DNA from: a virus
Lineage: Duplodnaviria > Caudoviricetes
IMG/VR virus record: IMGVR_UViG_3300021426_000001
DNA: 64,000 bases
Direction: 5' to 3' (one strand)
Part shown: in pieces, positions 8,918-17,902 of the stretch
Layout: each line of letters opens with the position of its first letter
How positions within the stretch are numbered: the first letter of the stretch is position 1
Notes under the pieces: model-generated
Databases searched by the model: none
Told to the model about the DNA's origin: nothing
Seen by the model: only the letters and a program-made list of their open reading frames with translations
Position numbers and translations under genes: made by a program

Positions 8918-8956
8918 AGCATGGGAACTGACATGTAAACGGAAACAAGACGGAAA

Positions 8957-8987
8957 GAGGCGGAAGGTCATTCTTCCGCCTCGTTTT
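8957..8987. terminator. intrinsic terminator between convergent genes
   Basis: GAGGCGGAAG/CTTCCGCCTC stem plus T-run. Confidence 0.7.
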
Positions 8988-9024
8988 GTATCATTTCTGA
9001 TACGGCAACTGTATATGGTAAAAA

Positions 9025-9435
9025 TTATGCTTCGTGTTCGAAGTTGTCGAGGAAGTCGTTGTTGCAGTTGAGCGTCTCGCCAGTCCAGAGATCAGTGATC
9101 TTCCACGGAAAGCGAGTGCCGTATCTGAAGGTTTCGACCCTGAAGCTGTGACCCTTGTACTTGCGGCTCTTGGTTGTAGTGCCGAAGACGTGACCGCGAG
9201 GATCCTTCCCTTCGAACGGAGTGCCCTTGAGCCAGTTCATCATGACTGACTTGTCGTAGTCGCTCATAGCCAGCTTGCCGTCAGCAGCGACTTCTGCAAT
9301 CTCGACCGTGAAGAGATCGTAAGTGTCTGTGTAGCTTCCAGCTTTTCGGCGAACTGAGAGGTTCTTGCCCTTTGCCCATTCCTGGATGATTTCCATGAGT
9401 TCGTTTTCGAGCGCCAGAGCTTTTTCTTTATTCAT
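9025..9435 (-). CDS. hypothetical protein
   Basis: 136 aa downstream of promoter. Confidence 0.8.
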   Translation of the reverse strand: MNKEKALALENELMEIIQEWAKGKNLSVRRKAGSYTDTYDLFTVEIAEVAADGKLAMSDYDKSVMMNWLKGTPFEGKDPRGHVFGTTTKSRKYKGHSFRVETFRYGTRFPWKITDLWTGETLNCNNDFLDNFEHEA

Positions 9436-9468
9436 AGGTCAGATCCCTTGGTTGATTGTTACATTTCA

Positions 9469-9497
9469 AATATAGGATCTTCCGAGAGATCTGTAAA
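9469..9497 (-). promoter_or_regulatory. early promoter
   Basis: TTTACA-N17-TATATT. Confidence 0.8.
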
Positions 9498-9506
9498 CCC
9501 TGAAAA

Positions 9507-10082
9507 TCAAGAATTTTCAGAAAATCTCTTGTCGTTGAGGTTTCTGAGCCACTCGTCGCACTTCATGAAGGTTCCGATCTTTCTCATCATCTTCTCGTCA
9601 CCCTCAGAGAATCCGTCATACTTGCAGCGGATCGGATATACTCTCTCGATCTTTCCGTCATCGTCCATCTCCATCTGGATAGCCCAGCCGAAGATGTGCA
9701 GGAACATGTTGATGAATCTGAACAGACCATGCTCTCTGAGCTTCTCCCACGACTCTTCGTACCAGTCAGCTTGCTTCTCCTGGACTTTCTCTTCTGGGAG
9801 CGGCTCTACCTTCTCGCCGTTACCTTCGATGAGCTTCTGGATCTCTCTAGAGATCGTCTCTACGTTCTTCAGCTTGTGCACGGCCTCTGCATCCTCGTAG
9901 AACATCGGATTGTCGTCGTGGATCTCTATGTCGAACTCGTCTTCTAGCTTCATCACTGTCTCAACATAGTCTAGCTCGTCAGCACCGAAGTCTGCTAGCT
10001 CGTCTGCTAGTCCAACTCCAGTCACGTTGAGCTGCTCTTCTATCACTTTAGCTACTCTGCTCTGAATTTCTGCAAGATTCAT
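9507..10082 (-). CDS. acyl-carrier-protein-like domain (Ser to Glu) fused to unknown domain
   Basis: DFGADELDYVETVMKLEDEFDIEIHDD versus canonical DLGADSLDxVELVMxLEEEF; start reassigned to MNLAE with GAGG RBS. Confidence 0.8.
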   Translation of the reverse strand: MNLAEIQSRVAKVIEEQLNVTGVGLADELADFGADELDYVETVMKLEDEFDIEIHDDNPMFYEDAEAVHKLKNVETISREIQKLIEGNGEKVEPLPEEKVQEKQADWYEESWEKLREHGLFRFINMFLHIFGWAIQMEMDDDGKIERVYPIRCKYDGFSEGDEKMMRKIGTFMKCDEWLRNLNDKRFSENS

Positions 10083-10113
10083 AATGTGTCCTCTTTTTTC
10101 TAGCAAATATAGA

Positions 10114-10121
10114 TATAAATA
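10114..10121 (+). promoter_or_regulatory. T4-type late promoter
   Basis: TATAAATA. Confidence 0.7.
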
Positions 10122-10194
10122 ACTCAACGGACGAAAAGTCATGATCGAGTTCAAGCAGAACATGGGAAAGAGAATATACATTCAGAGGAAGCGT

Positions 10195-10791
10195 ATGTCA
10201 TACGGTGAATACGGATTTACAAAGCGTAGCGAAGTTCAGTCTAGCTACCAGGAGTACTCTTGCAAGCCGAGAGAAGAGAAAGAGCAGTCTTACCAGGAGT
10301 ATGGCGATCCGAAGATGAGCGGAACTTGCTCTCTGTTCGGTTCACAGCCAGCTCCAGTCAATCTCGCTGCGTTCGATGAGGAGATGGAGAAGTACTGCGA
10401 GCAGCAGAGAAAGATCAAGGCAGAGCGTCTGGCTAAGAGAACTGCTTACTGCGACTGGCACGACATCCAGGGCGACATGAGAGAGAAGATTCTCAAGGGC
10501 AGAATCTCTATCGAAGAGTTCGAAGCTCTCCAGAAGTCTGCAACAGATGTCACAGAAGCGCCAGAAGGAAGGCAAGAGCCAGTTGTTCTTACTGAAGAAT
10601 TCTTTCATCCTTCAGTAGAGTTCACAAATGCGCCAGAACAGCCTGCAGAAGCTCCGGTAGAGGTTCAGACGGATGTCACTACGGCAGAGACAGAAACTGT
10701 CCCAGAACAGCCGCAAACGGGCAAAAAGAAGAAGTCTAAGAAGAATACAGAGAATACTGAGAATACAGAGGAGGTTTCAGATGCAGAGTGA
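10195..10791 (+). CDS. acidic low-complexity late protein
   Basis: GAGG RBS before MSYGEY; QSYQEY and NTE repeats; alternative start 10141. Confidence 0.7.
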   Translation: MSYGEYGFTKRSEVQSSYQEYSCKPREEKEQSYQEYGDPKMSGTCSLFGSQPAPVNLAAFDEEMEKYCEQQRKIKAERLAKRTAYCDWHDIQGDMREKILKGRISIEEFEALQKSATDVTEAPEGRQEPVVLTEEFFHPSVEFTNAPEQPAEAPVEVQTDVTTAETETVPEQPQTGKKKKSKKNTENTENTEEVSDAE

Positions 10792-11242
10792 GATGTCGTT
10801 AGAGCAAGCTAGAAAGCTAATCGAGGGAAGCGGTCTGGTGATGGAAGCAGAGATTGGATCAGACGAGAGCGTAGATCTATACTCTTTCGCCTTCAACAGC
10901 CTACTAATGGCAGACAAGATCCACGCTTTCCACTTCTCCTGCGAGAGCGGATTCCAGCATACCCACTTCCAAGAGGTCTACGAGACTATTCGTGACTTCG
11001 CTGATGAGCTGACTGAGATAACTCTGTCTGGCGGAGTCGCTTACAAGTACGTCCCGATGACAGACATTCTGAAGCCAGAGCCGTTCACGATGAAGATGGC
11101 TGTCGACACGATCGATGGCTACATCGAGGACCTGGAGAAGATGTCTGAGCTTCACGCTGACAACACTAAGATCGCTAATCTGATCGACGACACGATCGAG
11201 AAGCTCAGCAAAGAAGTCGGACTTCTCAGATCATTCAAGTGA
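10781..11242 (+). CDS. ferritin/Dps-like four-helix protein with shared N-terminal leader
   Basis: HAFHFSCESGFQHTHFQEVYETIRDFADELTE; GGAGG RBS. Confidence 0.75.
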   Translation: MQSEMSLEQARKLIEGSGLVMEAEIGSDESVDLYSFAFNSLLMADKIHAFHFSCESGFQHTHFQEVYETIRDFADELTEITLSGGVAYKYVPMTDILKPEPFTMKMAVDTIDGYIEDLEKMSELHADNTKIANLIDDTIEKLSKEVGLLRSFK

Positions 11243-11243
11243 C

Positions 11244-11276
11244 AAAAAGGCGTCCATTCATCTGGACGCCATTCTT
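11244..11276. terminator. terminator between convergent genes
   Basis: GGCGTCCA/TGGACGCC stem with flanking A-run. Confidence 0.7.
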
Positions 11277-11286
11277 GTGTTAAGAT

Positions 11287-11529
11287 TTATTTACTATTCT
11301 TACTCTTCTTGGTCTTCTTGGTCTTCTGAGGAGTGACAGCTTTGACTTCCTCGATCTGCACCCTGATAGTCAGCGTGTCGTTGAAGTGAGTCTCTCTCTG
11401 GACTTCTTGACTCTCGACTGGATCATCCCTCCAGACTCCGCTGAGATCGATCGTAGCTAGGATAGCGATCAGTGCGCAGATGACTATGCCGATGATCCAG
11501 AAGTGCTTTGGCATCTTTTCTTCTGACAT
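11287..11529 (-). CDS. small membrane protein
   Basis: N-terminal TM, basic tail. Confidence 0.7.
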   Translation of the reverse strand: MSEEKMPKHFWIIGIVICALIAILATIDLSGVWRDDPVESQEVQRETHFNDTLTIRVQIEEVKAVTPQKTKKTKKSKNSK

Positions 11530-11541
11530 TTTCGATTCCCT

Positions 11542-11694
11542 CTAGAGTTTGATGTTGTGTTCATCCAAGACCTTGAGGCAGTGCTTGGAGAAGAGGAGAA
11601 GAACGTTCATGAAGGCGTAGTCCATGTTGGGCTGTCGTTCGCGGACGAACTTTTCCATGTCTCGGATTTCTTCAGGCTTGAGCTCAGTTCTCAT
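11542..11694 (-). CDS. small hypothetical protein
   Basis: GGAGG RBS before MRTELK. Confidence 0.65.
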   Translation of the reverse strand: MRTELKPEEIRDMEKFVRERQPNMDYAFMNVLLLFSKHCLKVLDEHNIKL

Positions 11695-11695
11695 C

Positions 11696-12253
11696 TTATG
11701 CCTCCACCCAGTCAGTGAGGTTGTTGAAGCCATCGGTGTGATTGCCGTAGACTTCTTCGTATTCGTTGTAGGACTTCCTGAGAGAGTCGTAGTGTCTCAC
11801 GCGTTCTTTTACGTCGATGCCGAGAGTGATCGGCTCGGAGACCTGAACAAGACGCTTGAAGCTGAGAGAGCCGTAAGTGGTGTAGTCGTTGCAGTGACGG
11901 ATAGCAGTGCGTTCAGCTTCCTTAGCAGTCTTAGCGTAGACTTCGCCCTTGCGGACAGAAGTTCCGAGCTGCGGATTGTAGCGGTTGTATTCGTAGATCC
12001 AGCGGCGGAGCGGATTCTTTTCACGGCGCTTGCGCTGACGCTTCGGCTTGGGAGCTTCTTCAACAGCAACAGCTCCGATGTTGTGATGTCCAGCGTAGCC
12101 GTAGCCGACTTCGTTGAGAGGAACGGTGTCGCCGTTGTGGAAGTTCACGGAGAGATCTTCGTCGTGGACGGAGACGATGTCACAGTCATACTTCTTGAGG
12201 AGAGCGGAGAGTTCGTTGCGGAAGTCTTGATGGTTGTTGAGGATGTTTTCCAT
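11696..12253 (-). CDS. hypothetical protein
   Basis: Start reassigned to MENILNN (AGGA RBS, downstream of promoter). Confidence 0.8.
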   Translation of the reverse strand: MENILNNHQDFRNELSALLKKYDCDIVSVHDEDLSVNFHNGDTVPLNEVGYGYAGHHNIGAVAVEEAPKPKRQRKRREKNPLRRWIYEYNRYNPQLGTSVRKGEVYAKTAKEAERTAIRHCNDYTTYGSLSFKRLVQVSEPITLGIDVKERVRHYDSLRKSYNEYEEVYGNHTDGFNNLTDWVEA

Positions 12254-12295
12254 ATTGTAGGTCCTTTGAAAGAGGTTGATTTGTTTTACATGTCT

Positions 12296-12324
12296 AATAT
12301 AGGATTTTCTCAACAGTTTGTAAA
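12296..12324 (-). promoter_or_regulatory. early promoter
   Basis: TTTACA-N17-TATATT. Confidence 0.8.
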
Positions 12325-12354
12325 TGGTAAAAATTGAGAAATCTCAATTTTTTC

Positions 12355-12522
12355 TCACAGACGGATTTCGATGTTCTTGACGCCGTGCTTCTTGTAGAGC
12401 TTGGCTAGGTTAGACTTGCACCAGAGCTCGAAGTCGGACATGAGAGACTTGTCGAACTGAGCGATGCAGTGTTCTCTCTTGTACTTGCCGTAGACTTTGC
12501 GGATGACCATTATCGTTGACAT
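12355..12522 (-). CDS. small hypothetical protein (55 aa)
   Basis: Manual translation MSTIMVIRKVYGKYKREHC...; AGGAG RBS. Confidence 0.7.
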   Translation of the reverse strand: MSTIMVIRKVYGKYKREHCIAQFDKSLMSDFELWCKSNLAKLYKKHGVKNIEIRL

Positions 12523-12540
12523 AGTTTCTCCTTTAGAAGT

Positions 12541-12807
12541 TTAGGTGGGCATGGAAGGATCGAGTTCGAGATAGCCCTTGTCGCAGCATACGCAGTTGAA
12601 AGAGCCTTCGTAGTTAGTGAAGCCGAGGAATTCACCTTCTTTGCCAGTGTTGTCAGATCTGTAGTAGAGATAGTCGCCGTAGTCTTCGTCGCAGACTTCA
12701 AGGAACCATTCTCCAGTAGAGGTGTCATAGAAGACGTTGCGGTTGTAGGAAGACAGCGATTTAGTCCATTTCCAGTTGCAGAGGTCGATTTTGCGAAGTT
12801 CTTTCAT
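12541..12807 (-). CDS. hypothetical protein
   Basis: Start MKELRK downstream of promoter. Confidence 0.75.
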   Translation of the reverse strand: MKELRKIDLCNWKWTKSLSSYNRNVFYDTSTGEWFLEVCDEDYGDYLYYRSDNTGKEGEFLGFTNYEGSFNCVCCDKGYLELDPSMPT

Positions 12808-12835
12808 TGTTATGTCCCTTGTTTTGTACATACAC

Positions 12836-12864
12836 AATATAGGATTTTCTCTACGTTTTGTAAA
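12836..12864 (-). promoter_or_regulatory. early promoter
   Basis: TTTACA-N17-TATATT. Confidence 0.8.
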
Positions 12865-12907
12865 TAGAGAAAATCCAAAAACTGTAACAAAGTCTGTATA
12901 GTTTTTG

Positions 12908-13309
12908 TTACTTTCTTACGCAGTGACGATCGCTGAGATCGTATGTCACGGCTTCGCAGGACTCTTTTCTGAAGTCTAGCTCATAGTCGTTCATCGGAAA
13001 GTTCTTCACAGTGCTCACTTCTCTCGGCTCGTTCATCACCAGGTGGCCCCAGCCCCAGATTAGATTCGTGTAAGTGACTGAGATCGTGTTTAGGACTTCA
13101 ACATCTGCGCCTCCAGACAAGAATCCTCCTCCACGCTGAACGTTCAGAGGATTGATTATCTTGGTGTCGCCGCACGGTGTCTGGTACACCAGCATGACTC
13201 CACGACGCTTGACTACTACTCTATCGCCCTTCATCACCTTCGACGTATAGTAGCAGTCAGCAAAAGCCGTGCAGGAGAGCAAGATGATCATCAACAAGAT
13301 CTTACGCAT
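12908..13309 (-). CDS. secreted protein
   Basis: Signal peptide MRKILLMIILLSCTAFA. Confidence 0.75.
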   Translation of the reverse strand: MRKILLMIILLSCTAFADCYYTSKVMKGDRVVVKRRGVMLVYQTPCGDTKIINPLNVQRGGGFLSGGADVEVLNTISVTYTNLIWGWGHLVMNEPREVSTVKNFPMNDYELDFRKESCEAVTYDLSDRHCVRK

Positions 13310-13775
13310 CGCTTACCTCGGCTTCTGGATCTGGATCGTTCCAGTAGTGATGGAAAGCTTCGATTGCTCTCTTGTAGTCGTCTACGTGAGTCACCTGAAT
13401 CTCGTATAGCGGGTACTGATGAGTCTCTGCGATGTAGTTAGCCTCTTCTCCGAGTCCCATGTGCTTTCCGAGTGCTTTGCCATTCTTGTAGCTCTTCTGT
13501 CCGACATCGAAGTAGTAGTCTGAAGACTCAGTCATGACGCCGTAGATCCATTTGTCGCCATCGCCGAGATCGCAGCCCCAGAACTCAGATATCTCTTCGT
13601 ACTCGGAGACTTCAGTGTCCTTGTCCTGATCAAACAGACCCTCGTCGACTGATAAGATAGCCTGGATGTCATCTCTGCTGATCGGCTTGTCAGTCACGTA
13701 CCAGCCCCAGTCTCCGTTCCCAGTCTTGTATATGTAGCCGAATAGCGTCTCTTTCTGCTCTTTCTTTTTCTTCAT
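13302..13775 (-). CDS. hypothetical acidic protein
   Basis: 157 aa, coupled junctions. Confidence 0.8.
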   Translation of the reverse strand: MKKKKEQKETLFGYIYKTGNGDWGWYVTDKPISRDDIQAILSVDEGLFDQDKDTEVSEYEEISEFWGCDLGDGDKWIYGVMTESSDYYFDVGQKSYKNGKALGKHMGLGEEANYIAETHQYPLYEIQVTHVDDYKRAIEAFHHYWNDPDPEAEVSDA

Positions 13776-14032
13776 ACTTTGCTCCTGTCCTCTTCGCCAC
13801 AGTCTACGACAGAAGTGACGACGACTGATGTTACTTCGTCTTTGTTCGGATCAGGAATGCCGAGAATAGTCATTCGCTGCGGAAGCTCGTACTTCTCGTT
13901 CTTAGACTCTTCCATGAAGTACTGAGCTAGCTCTGAGCCTCTCTTGCTAGTCACTCGGATGAAGGCGCCGTTGAAGTTGTACCCGAGCTTAGTTGTGCCC
14001 TGTACACAGATCAGATATGCGTGTGGATTCAC
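13772..14032 (-). CDS. hypothetical protein
   Basis: 86 aa, AGGAG RBS. Confidence 0.7.
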   Translation of the reverse strand: MNPHAYLICVQGTTKLGYNFNGAFIRVTSKRGSELAQYFMEESKNEKYELPQRMTILGIPDPNKDEVTSVVVTSVVDCGEEDRSKV

Positions 14033-14253
14033 TTTTGATTCTCCTTTCGTTCTTTGTCCTGGCAGTCATTGCAGAGCCATCTGCCGTGCATATAGGTCAT
14101 TCCGCCGACTCCAGTCGTTTCTCTTCCACAGCTTTCGCAGATATGATTAGCTGGACGGAGATTCCTCTTCTCGCCAAGCCACGTCTTCGGAAACACTCTG
14201 CGGCGAAATTTAGGAAACCCAGCAATCTTGAATAAATCTTCCAAATGACTCAT
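14029..14253 (-). CDS. small Zn-finger protein
   Basis: CESC...CNDC. Confidence 0.65.
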   Translation of the reverse strand: MSHLEDLFKIAGFPKFRRRVFPKTWLGEKRNLRPANHICESCGRETTGVGGMTYMHGRWLCNDCQDKERKENQK

Positions 14254-14280
14254 CGCATCTCCCTTTTAGTAAGACTTCAT

Positions 14281-14538
14281 CTAGTAGAGACGGAACACCT
14301 TGATCTTTCCGTCTTTCTTCTCTTCGAACACTTCGTAGGTGTAGTCAGTGTGGTCGAATCGGTCCCAGGTCTGACGCTTGACCATCTCTCCAGTGAGAGT
14401 CTTCATGTCGTACTTGCTCACGGGCAAGAGTCCAGACTGTTCCATTCCGTTCTGTAAGCCCACAATGACCAAATCATCGTCAACATTCTCTAATAGCTTC
14501 TTGAGATCTCCAACTTTCATGTCACTCATACCATGCAT
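14281..14538 (-). CDS. hypothetical protein
   Basis: MKVGDLKKLLENVDDD common phage N-terminus. Confidence 0.7.
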   Translation of the reverse strand: MHGMSDMKVGDLKKLLENVDDDLVIVGLQNGMEQSGLLPVSKYDMKTLTGEMVKRQTWDRFDHTDYTYEVFEEKKDGKIKVFRLY

Positions 14539-14921
14539 CTCCTTTCATTCTGCTTCTCAGCAGCGTCATCGCATGAAGCTACGTCGCTGTCTCGGCAGAC
14601 GAGCGCTACGTATCTCTTCAGTGTTCCGAGCGAAGTGCTCCATGCGAACATCTTGCACTTGTACTCGACGTCGTCTTTCTTCACTCGAACATCGATCGTC
14701 TTATTGTTCTCGTAAGCGTCGATCACGGTCTTGCATCCGTGAAGTACACAGAGACAGTCGTATCCGAGATCATCTTCGAGCTTTCCGTGAGCGTAGATCT
14801 CGCTGAAGATCTCAGTCGATCTCTTCAGCTCCAAGTAATATGGATCCATGTCTTTCGTTTCAAAGTCATGTATGTTAGCCAGGATTGGCGTTTCCCAGTC
14901 AGTTTCAATTTTCTTGTCCAT
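14526..14921 (-). CDS. hypothetical protein
   Basis: 131 aa, GGAG RBS. Confidence 0.7.
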   Translation of the reverse strand: MDKKIETDWETPILANIHDFETKDMDPYYLELKRSTEIFSEIYAHGKLEDDLGYDCLCVLHGCKTVIDAYENNKTIDVRVKKDDVEYKCKMFAWSTSLGTLKRYVALVCRDSDVASCDDAAEKQNERRCMV

Positions 14922-15119
14922 TTATGCTCCTCTGTAGAGTTTTGGAAATTCTTTCTTGAGATCGATCAGCTCTGGTTCACCAGTAGGAAGTCTATCGTCC
15001 AGATGGTTGAATGAGTCCAGGTTGTGCTTGATCGTCAGCTTAAGTCGTCTGTAAGCTACACAGACTACCACCGAGATGCATACGCTTACTGTTGCGATTA
15101 GTGCGAATAGTACTGTCAT
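14922..15119 (-). CDS. small membrane protein
   Basis: N-terminal TM. Confidence 0.65.
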   Translation of the reverse strand: MTVLFALIATVSVCISVVVCVAYRRLKLTIKHNLDSFNHLDDRLPTGEPELIDLKKEFPKLYRGA

Positions 15120-15121
15120 AG

Positions 15122-15523
15122 TTAGTTCAACTGTAGATTGCTGTGATTGACACGTACCTCGATGGAGATCTGTTCTTTTTCGAACTTCTCCTTGATCGTC
15201 TTGAGCTCTTCAATCAGATCTTTCGCGACGTATAGACGCTTCCATTCTCCGATAGTGTCGCGGTCTGCGTAGAAGTGCCAATCTTGTGTATCACGGCAGT
15301 CGAAAATGACAGATCGATAGTGGTAAGTCTTGTTTGGATCTTTTGTCATGCCGAGTATTTTCACGATGACCTCTGAGTCATCGCGGATCGATTGCGGCAT
15401 AGCTTTTCCAGCTTTCTTGAAGACCGTTGTCACAGCTGTTCGGAAGATCTCGAAACCATCTTTAGCGCCGAGGCCACGGAGGCTCATGTGCGGATCTGCT
15501 TTTTCCCTATTTGTCATTCTCAT
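15122..15523 (-). CDS. paralog family A member
   Basis: GMTKDPNKTYHYRSVIFDC, similar to 17522-17893. Confidence 0.8.
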   Translation of the reverse strand: MRMTNREKADPHMSLRGLGAKDGFEIFRTAVTTVFKKAGKAMPQSIRDDSEVIVKILGMTKDPNKTYHYRSVIFDCRDTQDWHFYADRDTIGEWKRLYVAKDLIEELKTIKEKFEKEQISIEVRVNHSNLQLN

Positions 15524-15525
15524 AG

Positions 15526-15942
15526 TTAAAACTCCTTATAGCTGTCACTGCCGTTAGAGGTGAGGGAGACTGGGTTGCGGATCTCAGTCTCGATTTCGAT
15601 TTTACGGGATCCCTTTGTGAAAGTCTTCTTGATATTATTGAGCTGAGTGAAGAGAGATTCTACTGTAGCGATGCTCTGCTGAATATGCATCTGATGAGTC
15701 ATGCAGTCGATTAGACCCTGACCTATATCTCTGTTGCATGTGAATGTGACTTCACGGAACTTCTGAGTGCAGCCATTCCAGGACATTCCTGATCCTCGAA
15801 CGATGACTCGGACTTCATATCCTCTCGGCATAGCCTTTGGTAGCTTTGCGCTCGGAAAGATAGAGGTGACTGCGTTGTAGAACATCTCATAGACATCCTT
15901 CGGATTTTCAGCGAGAGCGTAGAAGACTTTTTCTTTAGCCAT
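15526..15942 (-). CDS. paralog family A member
   Basis: YEMFYNAVTSIF...FREVTFTC. Confidence 0.8.
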   Translation of the reverse strand: MAKEKVFYALAENPKDVYEMFYNAVTSIFPSAKLPKAMPRGYEVRVIVRGSGMSWNGCTQKFREVTFTCNRDIGQGLIDCMTHQMHIQQSIATVESLFTQLNNIKKTFTKGSRKIEIETEIRNPVSLTSNGSDSYKEF

Positions 15943-15973
15943 TTTGAGATCCTTGGTTGAGGTTTACATAGTC

Positions 15974-16002
15974 AATATAGGAATAACTACTTGACTTGTA
16001 AA
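15974..16002 (-). promoter_or_regulatory. early promoter
   Basis: TTTACA-N17-TATATT. Confidence 0.8.
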
Positions 16003-16015
16003 CCCTAAATTTTCT

Positions 16016-16537
16016 CTACTTCGGCTGAATTCTCTTGCAGACATCATTCGCCATAGCTGCGAAGTCTGGCCCGTAGTCATCAGCAGAGAGATGATCTTCG
16101 CTGTCCTTTCCGTCGTGGCACTCGCATGTTCCCCAAGCAGACTTGCACTTGTGACAGTACGTGTTGCCGTCCTTCGGGATGTAAGCTCGAATGCGATTGT
16201 CAGGATCCAGGTAGATAGCGAAGTAGACGGGATATTCCCAGTCTCCTCCAGCGAAGGCCCAGAGATAGTCAGTTCCGTCTGAGAGACAGCCCATGCGGCA
16301 CTCGTCAGGAATATCGGAGTTTTCGAAGTCGAAGTCGATCTTCTGAACGTCATCATTAGCTGGACAGTCGCTGTAGGCTATGCAGTGATGAACGTAGTTT
16401 TGAATCACGTCAGTGTCGTCGTTGAAGTCGATGTCCTCGCCGTCGACATATCTCTGCATCCTCTTGCTCTGGAGCTCTTCTGTCATCTTAGCGACGATGT
16501 CAGCTTTCTTTGATCCTGCTTTAGCGTATCTCGGCAT
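16016..16537 (-). CDS. hypothetical phage protein
   Basis: AGGDWEYPVYFAIY...RAYIPKDGN; Cys cluster. Confidence 0.8.
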   Translation of the reverse strand: MPRYAKAGSKKADIVAKMTEELQSKRMQRYVDGEDIDFNDDTDVIQNYVHHCIAYSDCPANDDVQKIDFDFENSDIPDECRMGCLSDGTDYLWAFAGGDWEYPVYFAIYLDPDNRIRAYIPKDGNTYCHKCKSAWGTCECHDGKDSEDHLSADDYGPDFAAMANDVCKRIQPK

Positions 16538-16721
16538 CCTGGGCCTCCTTTGGTCTGTTGTAGTAGTAGTCCATCATGTTTTCCCAAGCAGAGCCAAATC
16601 TCGGCATGAGTTCAAGACGACACATCTCGTAGAATTTCTGTCTGAGACGGATAGTAAACTTCACGTCCATCAGGTTGTACTGAAAATATGCGTCATAGTC
16701 TGGTTGCCACATCTTACTCAT
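16521..16721 (-). CDS. small hypothetical protein
   Basis: 66 aa, coupled. Confidence 0.6.
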   Translation of the reverse strand: MSKMWQPDYDAYFQYNLMDVKFTIRLRQKFYEMCRLELMPRFGSAWENMMDYYYNRPKEAQDAEIR

Positions 16722-17245
16722 CTTTTCATCTCCAGTTTCTTGTTAATGTCTACGTTCATATTTGTGAATACGAATCCCGCTTTCTCAATCTCGGCCTCTT
16801 TCTCTCGTCTCAGCTTCTCTGCGTACATAGCGTCAACTTCTGCTTTGAGCTTCATAGCGTCTTCTATCTTGTCGTGGTACTGAATCTTCCTGCCGAGCGG
16901 ATCCTCCCAGATGCAGTTACGGTCTCCGTAAGGCATCCAGCGCCACTCTTCCCACCCGTCATCTTCTAATGTCACGCCATATCGTCCGATCGCGAAGTGC
17001 CAGACCACGAACTTTCCGTTAGCGCACTGACAAATCTTCGTCTGATATTTGTGCTTGGAAGCGTAGATGCTCTTTGCGACTCCTCGGATGATCGACAGCA
17101 GGATGAAGAAGACTGCGATGAGTAGAAAGCCTGATCCCATCACCTTGTCTGTATCTTTTTGTGACAATTCGATAGATGAGCATACCGCGACTCCGCCGAA
17201 TAGGTATGCTAAAGTGAAGAATCCCCATAGATATATCATTCTCAT
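16718..17245 (-). CDS. membrane protein, family C
   Basis: Two TMs plus Trp-rich domain. Confidence 0.75.
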   Translation of the reverse strand: MRMIYLWGFFTLAYLFGGVAVCSSIELSQKDTDKVMGSGFLLIAVFFILLSIIRGVAKSIYASKHKYQTKICQCANGKFVVWHFAIGRYGVTLEDDGWEEWRWMPYGDRNCIWEDPLGRKIQYHDKIEDAMKLKAEVDAMYAEKLRREKEAEIEKAGFVFTNMNVDINKKLEMKR

Positions 17246-17248
17246 GAT

Positions 17249-17512
17249 CTACTTGACCTCTCTTGCCTGGAACTGGTTGAGCTGTTCTTGACAGAGCTCG
17301 AAGTCCATTCGAGTCGACTTGATCAGTCTGCCGAGACGCTGACGGTTCTGATCTTGAAGCTTGATCATCTCTTCGACTTGAGTCTGAATTTCGATCATCT
17401 TCTTAGCGTCATGCGTCTCCTGAATCAGCATACCTCCCTCTATGCAGCTAACGATCAATACGATGAGCGCTGCGATAGATGCGAAAACGTTAACTTCTAT
17501 TGTCTTTCCCAT
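17249..17512 (-). CDS. TM plus coiled-coil protein
   Basis: 87 aa, GGAG RBS. Confidence 0.7.
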   Translation of the reverse strand: MGKTIEVNVFASIAALIVLIVSCIEGGMLIQETHDAKKMIEIQTQVEEMIKLQDQNRQRLGRLIKSTRMDFELCQEQLNQFQAREVK

Positions 17513-17521
17513 GAGGTTCTC

Positions 17522-17893
17522 CTACTTGATTTTGAATTTGTCTTCTCTGATCGAGATTTCGAGAATGATGCCCTCAGACTTATATTTCGACTTTATGAGC
17601 ACCACGCATTCATCTAAGCGCTTGAGTGTCTTAATTTCTCTCCATGACCTCAAACCATTTCTGTCTTCATAGACAAAAGAGGCATTGCTAGAGACACCGC
17701 ACTGGAAGATGACTTGGTCATATTTGTACTTCGTGTTCGGATCTTTCGTTTCTCCGACAAGACGTATAGTAGCTACGCTGCTCGGTCCTATTCGCATGGG
17801 AAGCTTGTCTGCTATTCCGAAGTGAATGTCTAGAACATCACGGAAGAGATTGTAGGATTTAGCCTGATCATTGAAGTCTTCGTTGATTCTCAT
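17522..17893 (-). CDS. paralog family A member
   Basis: GETKDPNTKYKYDQVIFQC. Confidence 0.8.
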   Translation of the reverse strand: MRINEDFNDQAKSYNLFRDVLDIHFGIADKLPMRIGPSSVATIRLVGETKDPNTKYKYDQVIFQCGVSSNASFVYEDRNGLRSWREIKTLKRLDECVVLIKSKYKSEGIILEISIREDKFKIK

Positions 17894-17902
17894 CTTGCGC
17901 TC

